Of a stretch of 64,000 nt of DNA, positions 61,545-64,000 are shown one piece after another (position 1 is the first letter of the stretch; every line of letters begins with the position of its first letter). Under the pieces are notes generated by a model, which saw only the letters and a list, made by a program, of their open reading frames with translations, was not told the DNA's origin and ran no database searches. The translations under genes were made by a program, and so were the position numbers. Source of the stretch: Histomonas meleagridis 2922-C6/04-290x (lineage: Eukaryota; Protista; Parabasalia); contig JAANOX010000113.1 in the NCBI GenBank assembly GCA_020184695.1, forward strand, positions 62,001-126,000, read 5' to 3'.

Positions 61545-64000
61545 ATGAGTGACAACTGGGTTCCAACAAATGGTATCGCTATAATAAAAAATAGTTACAT
61601 AGCAAGCAACCCGAGCGAGTTAACTGTGATTGTTGGTGATCAAATTAAAGTCATTGAAAAGACTCAAAATTGGTATAGAGGAAAAAATCTATACTCCAAA
61701 AAGGAAGGAATATTTCCAATTACTTGTTCTAAACTCTATGAGGGCAAGGACATTACACAAAGAAATTTGTTATCAAAAGATGAAGATATTTTATTTATTG
61801 AAACCGCAGTTACAATTCGTACTGCTCTCGCATTCATGAGCAATGCATCACCAGACAAAGTACTTCAAATCAGCAATAGAATAGTTGATGTCATAACCAT
61901 GTTTAATTTATGTCAAAAATCTCAAACAATTCAACAAATCGTTTCCCTTCATAGTTCTCTTGCCACGAGTGTTGATAACTTACGCATTGAACTTGGTTAT
62001 CCCAAAAACAATCGAACATTCTTTTCATCCATGACTACGTTAACCACATGGGGGCGAGATATCTTTGATGATTTTATGAAGAAAGTTACTGTAACCGATT
62101 CTGATCCACAATACACATTACTACATGCAAGTGTTAACATCAAAATGGTTAAGTCACAAATGATATATCGTTTCTTTCTTTATAGCCCAGCCAAGAAATC
62201 CTTCTTAAGTTGTCCCGTATCTATTTTAGTTTCACCTGAGCGTCAAGACTATGAACTTATATTTAATCAACTTGATAAACATGATCTCAAAACTAAGACA
62301 TGGCTACTAGTTTATTCATATGTATTATTAGTACATCGAGAAGGACAATTTGATGAACGTAAATTCGTAGCGTGTGCAGCTATCGAAGTTCCCCCGTGTA
62401 CAGAAGCAGAAAGTTATGGAAAAAGTGTCACTGTTGAAAAGCAATCAAACACTTCAACGAACAAGTCACTTTATCCAAATTTCCATACGTACTTAACCGG
62501 CGAATCCGAACTAACCCATTCAATCGAAAAGACGATAACACATTGTGCGCCTTATTTTACGGTTAAATTTACGCCGTATTATGGTTCAACAAATGAAATT
62601 GTTCAAGGAATGGAATTATCTGAATGTCAAATTATCCCTCCATACTTATTACCATCAACGATTTCCCCACATGAGAAACGTTCAATGTTAAATTTGACGT
62701 TATCAAATTTGAAATTAGAAATTAATCATAAGAAATTACGTATTATAACCCGTATCATAGATACTACAGATGGAACATTTCTACGTGGATTCGAAAGTAT
62801 AGTTATGATGTCACATGATAATGTAATATGGTGTTCACAAATCTTCGGTGGTAAAGACAGTAGTGTCAACGAAACATTTGCATTCGACTTAAGTGTTACC
62901 GAGTCACCATTAATATCATTATTTTTGATTGTCCAAATCGATAAAAAAGCATTTGCGGAAAACAAGTTCACGCCATGTGCATATGGCGTATTTCACTTGT
63001 CTAGTGATGTCGGAAATTTTACCCCCAAAGCAGATGATGACATATTATTATATCCATTTGCACCCAAGAACCAAGTTATCACTCCCAAAGATTTCGAACT
63101 ATTTCCACGTAAAACCCAAAAAGTCATTGGTAAGTTAGGCATTCATTTTTCGTTAGCTTCCACCAAAATTACGCAAGACCAAACCATCTATCAACTGTTG
63201 CATTACAAAGAATATCGCGCGTTACTTAGCAAGAGCATCTCCACGTTCATGTTCTCAGGGATTAGTGAGTGGTCCAAATATGCTCCATCTCTAACGGTCA
63301 CTCTCTGTCAGATCATTGCGACAATACCAGACCATTCGTTAGAGGCATTTAATTCATTACTGATAATGTTTGGTGAGTTATTATCACGAGCAGGAAGTGA
63401 ATATTCGAATATAATGGATGAGTTTATCAAGTCCGCGTTTGATACGACACATTCCAACAAAGAGATTAATAATAACATATTAATTAAATTAGCTGATACA
63501 ATGTTACCATTAATTACAAATGCATTTGAACAAGATCAATATTCACAAGATTACCGGAACTTAATACGTACATTACCATATTTGTTACAATTAGTTTCAC
63601 GTTCATATTCAATGAATCCTAATGAAGAGAACAAGAAGAAGATCGCAAACATCTTTGAGAAGTTAAATGTTATTGTTAGTATTAAAGGTGATGAAGATAA
63701 GTTTAAGAACTCATGTATCTTAGCTAATCAACGATTATTGTTACAACATTTTTCGGTATTAATTGATTTGTTATCATTATGTTTTGATACTGAAGAAGCA
63801 TCGAAAATCGTTTGTAGTTTTATTTTAGCTATACGTAATGATAATCAAACTATTGATAAATGCAAAATGCAATTATTACTTAAGTTAAGTGTTAATGGGT
63901 TTTTAAATAATGGAAGTAATACTGAATTACAAATGATATTTTCACAACAATTAATTGACGCATTTAATAAGCCGCATTGTGTCGATTATATTAATCAAAT
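61545..64000 (+). CDS. DOCK-family GEF (N-terminal SH3), partial; runs off the window
   Basis: ATG at 61545: MSDNWVPTNGIAIIKNSY…ELTVIVGDQIKVIEKTQNWYRG…KEGIFP matches the DOCK1-5 N-terminal SH3. It is absent from the ORF track, consistent with no stop inside the window. Confidence 0.8.
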   Translation, partial: MSDNWVPTNGIAIIKNSYIASNPSELTVIVGDQIKVIEKTQNWYRGKNLYSKKEGIFPITCSKLYEGKDITQRNLLSKDEDILFIETAVTIRTALAFMSNASPDKVLQISNRIVDVITMFNLCQKSQTIQQIVSLHSSLATSVDNLRIELGYPKNNRTFFSSMTTLTTWGRDIFDDFMKKVTVTDSDPQYTLLHASVNIKMVKSQMIYRFFLYSPAKKSFLSCPVSILVSPERQDYELIFNQLDKHDLKTKTWLLVYSYVLLVHREGQFDERKFVACAAIEVPPCTEAESYGKSVTVEKQSNTSTNKSLYPNFHTYLTGESELTHSIEKTITHCAPYFTVKFTPYYGSTNEIVQGMELSECQIIPPYLLPSTISPHEKRSMLNLTLSNLKLEINHKKLRIITRIIDTTDGTFLRGFESIVMMSHDNVIWCSQIFGGKDSSVNETFAFDLSVTESPLISLFLIVQIDKKAFAENKFTPCAYGVFHLSSDVGNFTPKADDDILLYPFAPKNQVITPKDFELFPRKTQKVIGKLGIHFSLASTKITQDQTIYQLLHYKEYRALLSKSISTFMFSGISEWSKYAPSLTVTLCQIIATIPDHSLEAFNSLLIMFGELLSRAGSEYSNIMDEFIKSAFDTTHSNKEINNNILIKLADTMLPLITNAFEQDQYSQDYRNLIRTLPYLLQLVSRSYSMNPNEENKKKIANIFEKLNVIVSIKGDEDKFKNSCILANQRLLLQHFSVLIDLLSLCFDTEEASKIVCSFILAIRNDNQTIDKCKMQLLLKLSVNGFLNNGSNTELQMIFSQQLIDAFNKPHCVDYINQ

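Noticed and set aside
61630-63138. Short ORFs 61630-61839, 62726-62971 and 62929-63138
   Set aside because: They overlap the DOCK reading frame starting at 61545.
1-64000. tRNA or rRNA genes
   Set aside because: No T-loop (GTTCGA) within a cloverleaf context and no rRNA-like GC-rich segments were seen by eye. A tRNAscan/Infernal run would be needed to exclude them fully.

Overview
AT-rich, gene-dense eukaryotic DNA that looks parabasalid (Tritrichomonas/Trichomonas-like; inferred from BspA leucine-rich-repeat genes, DUF3447-type ankyrin genes, Myb factors, Inr/M3-like promoter motifs and a bacterial-type class II ribonucleotide reductase). Ordinary genes include RPLP2, an Ariadne RBR ligase, CK2 beta, a 3R-Myb, Ran, NrdJ, a DZIP1-like protein, an atypical E2F, a BEACH protein, a serpin, a CAMK kinase, BspA, TAF6, a transmembrane PAS/cyclase-like protein, an atypical Rho and a DOCK GEF that runs off the right end and is missing from the ORF track. 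The standout signal is largely invisible to the ORF track. Two ankyrin genes (1-4200 and 38562-41827, both minus strand) have every ankyrin repeat split at the same position by an AT-rich spacer. The spacer is exactly 80 nt in 18 of 21 cases, giving a 170-bp period. It carries stop codons and shifts the frame, lacks GT-AG ends, and conserves nucleotide signals at fixed positions. The 90-nt coding blocks between spacers stay open in the intact copy. This suggests an undescribed non-canonical intron or excision/recoding system. A complete Tc1 (DD34E) element whose transposase is fused to a C-terminal Myb domain sits inside one spacer, and removing it restores exactly 80 nt. Other oddities are a serpin with an acidic, DEVD-containing reactive loop, a degenerate Rho with a 23-Cys tail, and a 32-bp tandem array. 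No tRNA, rRNA or CRISPR array was seen.
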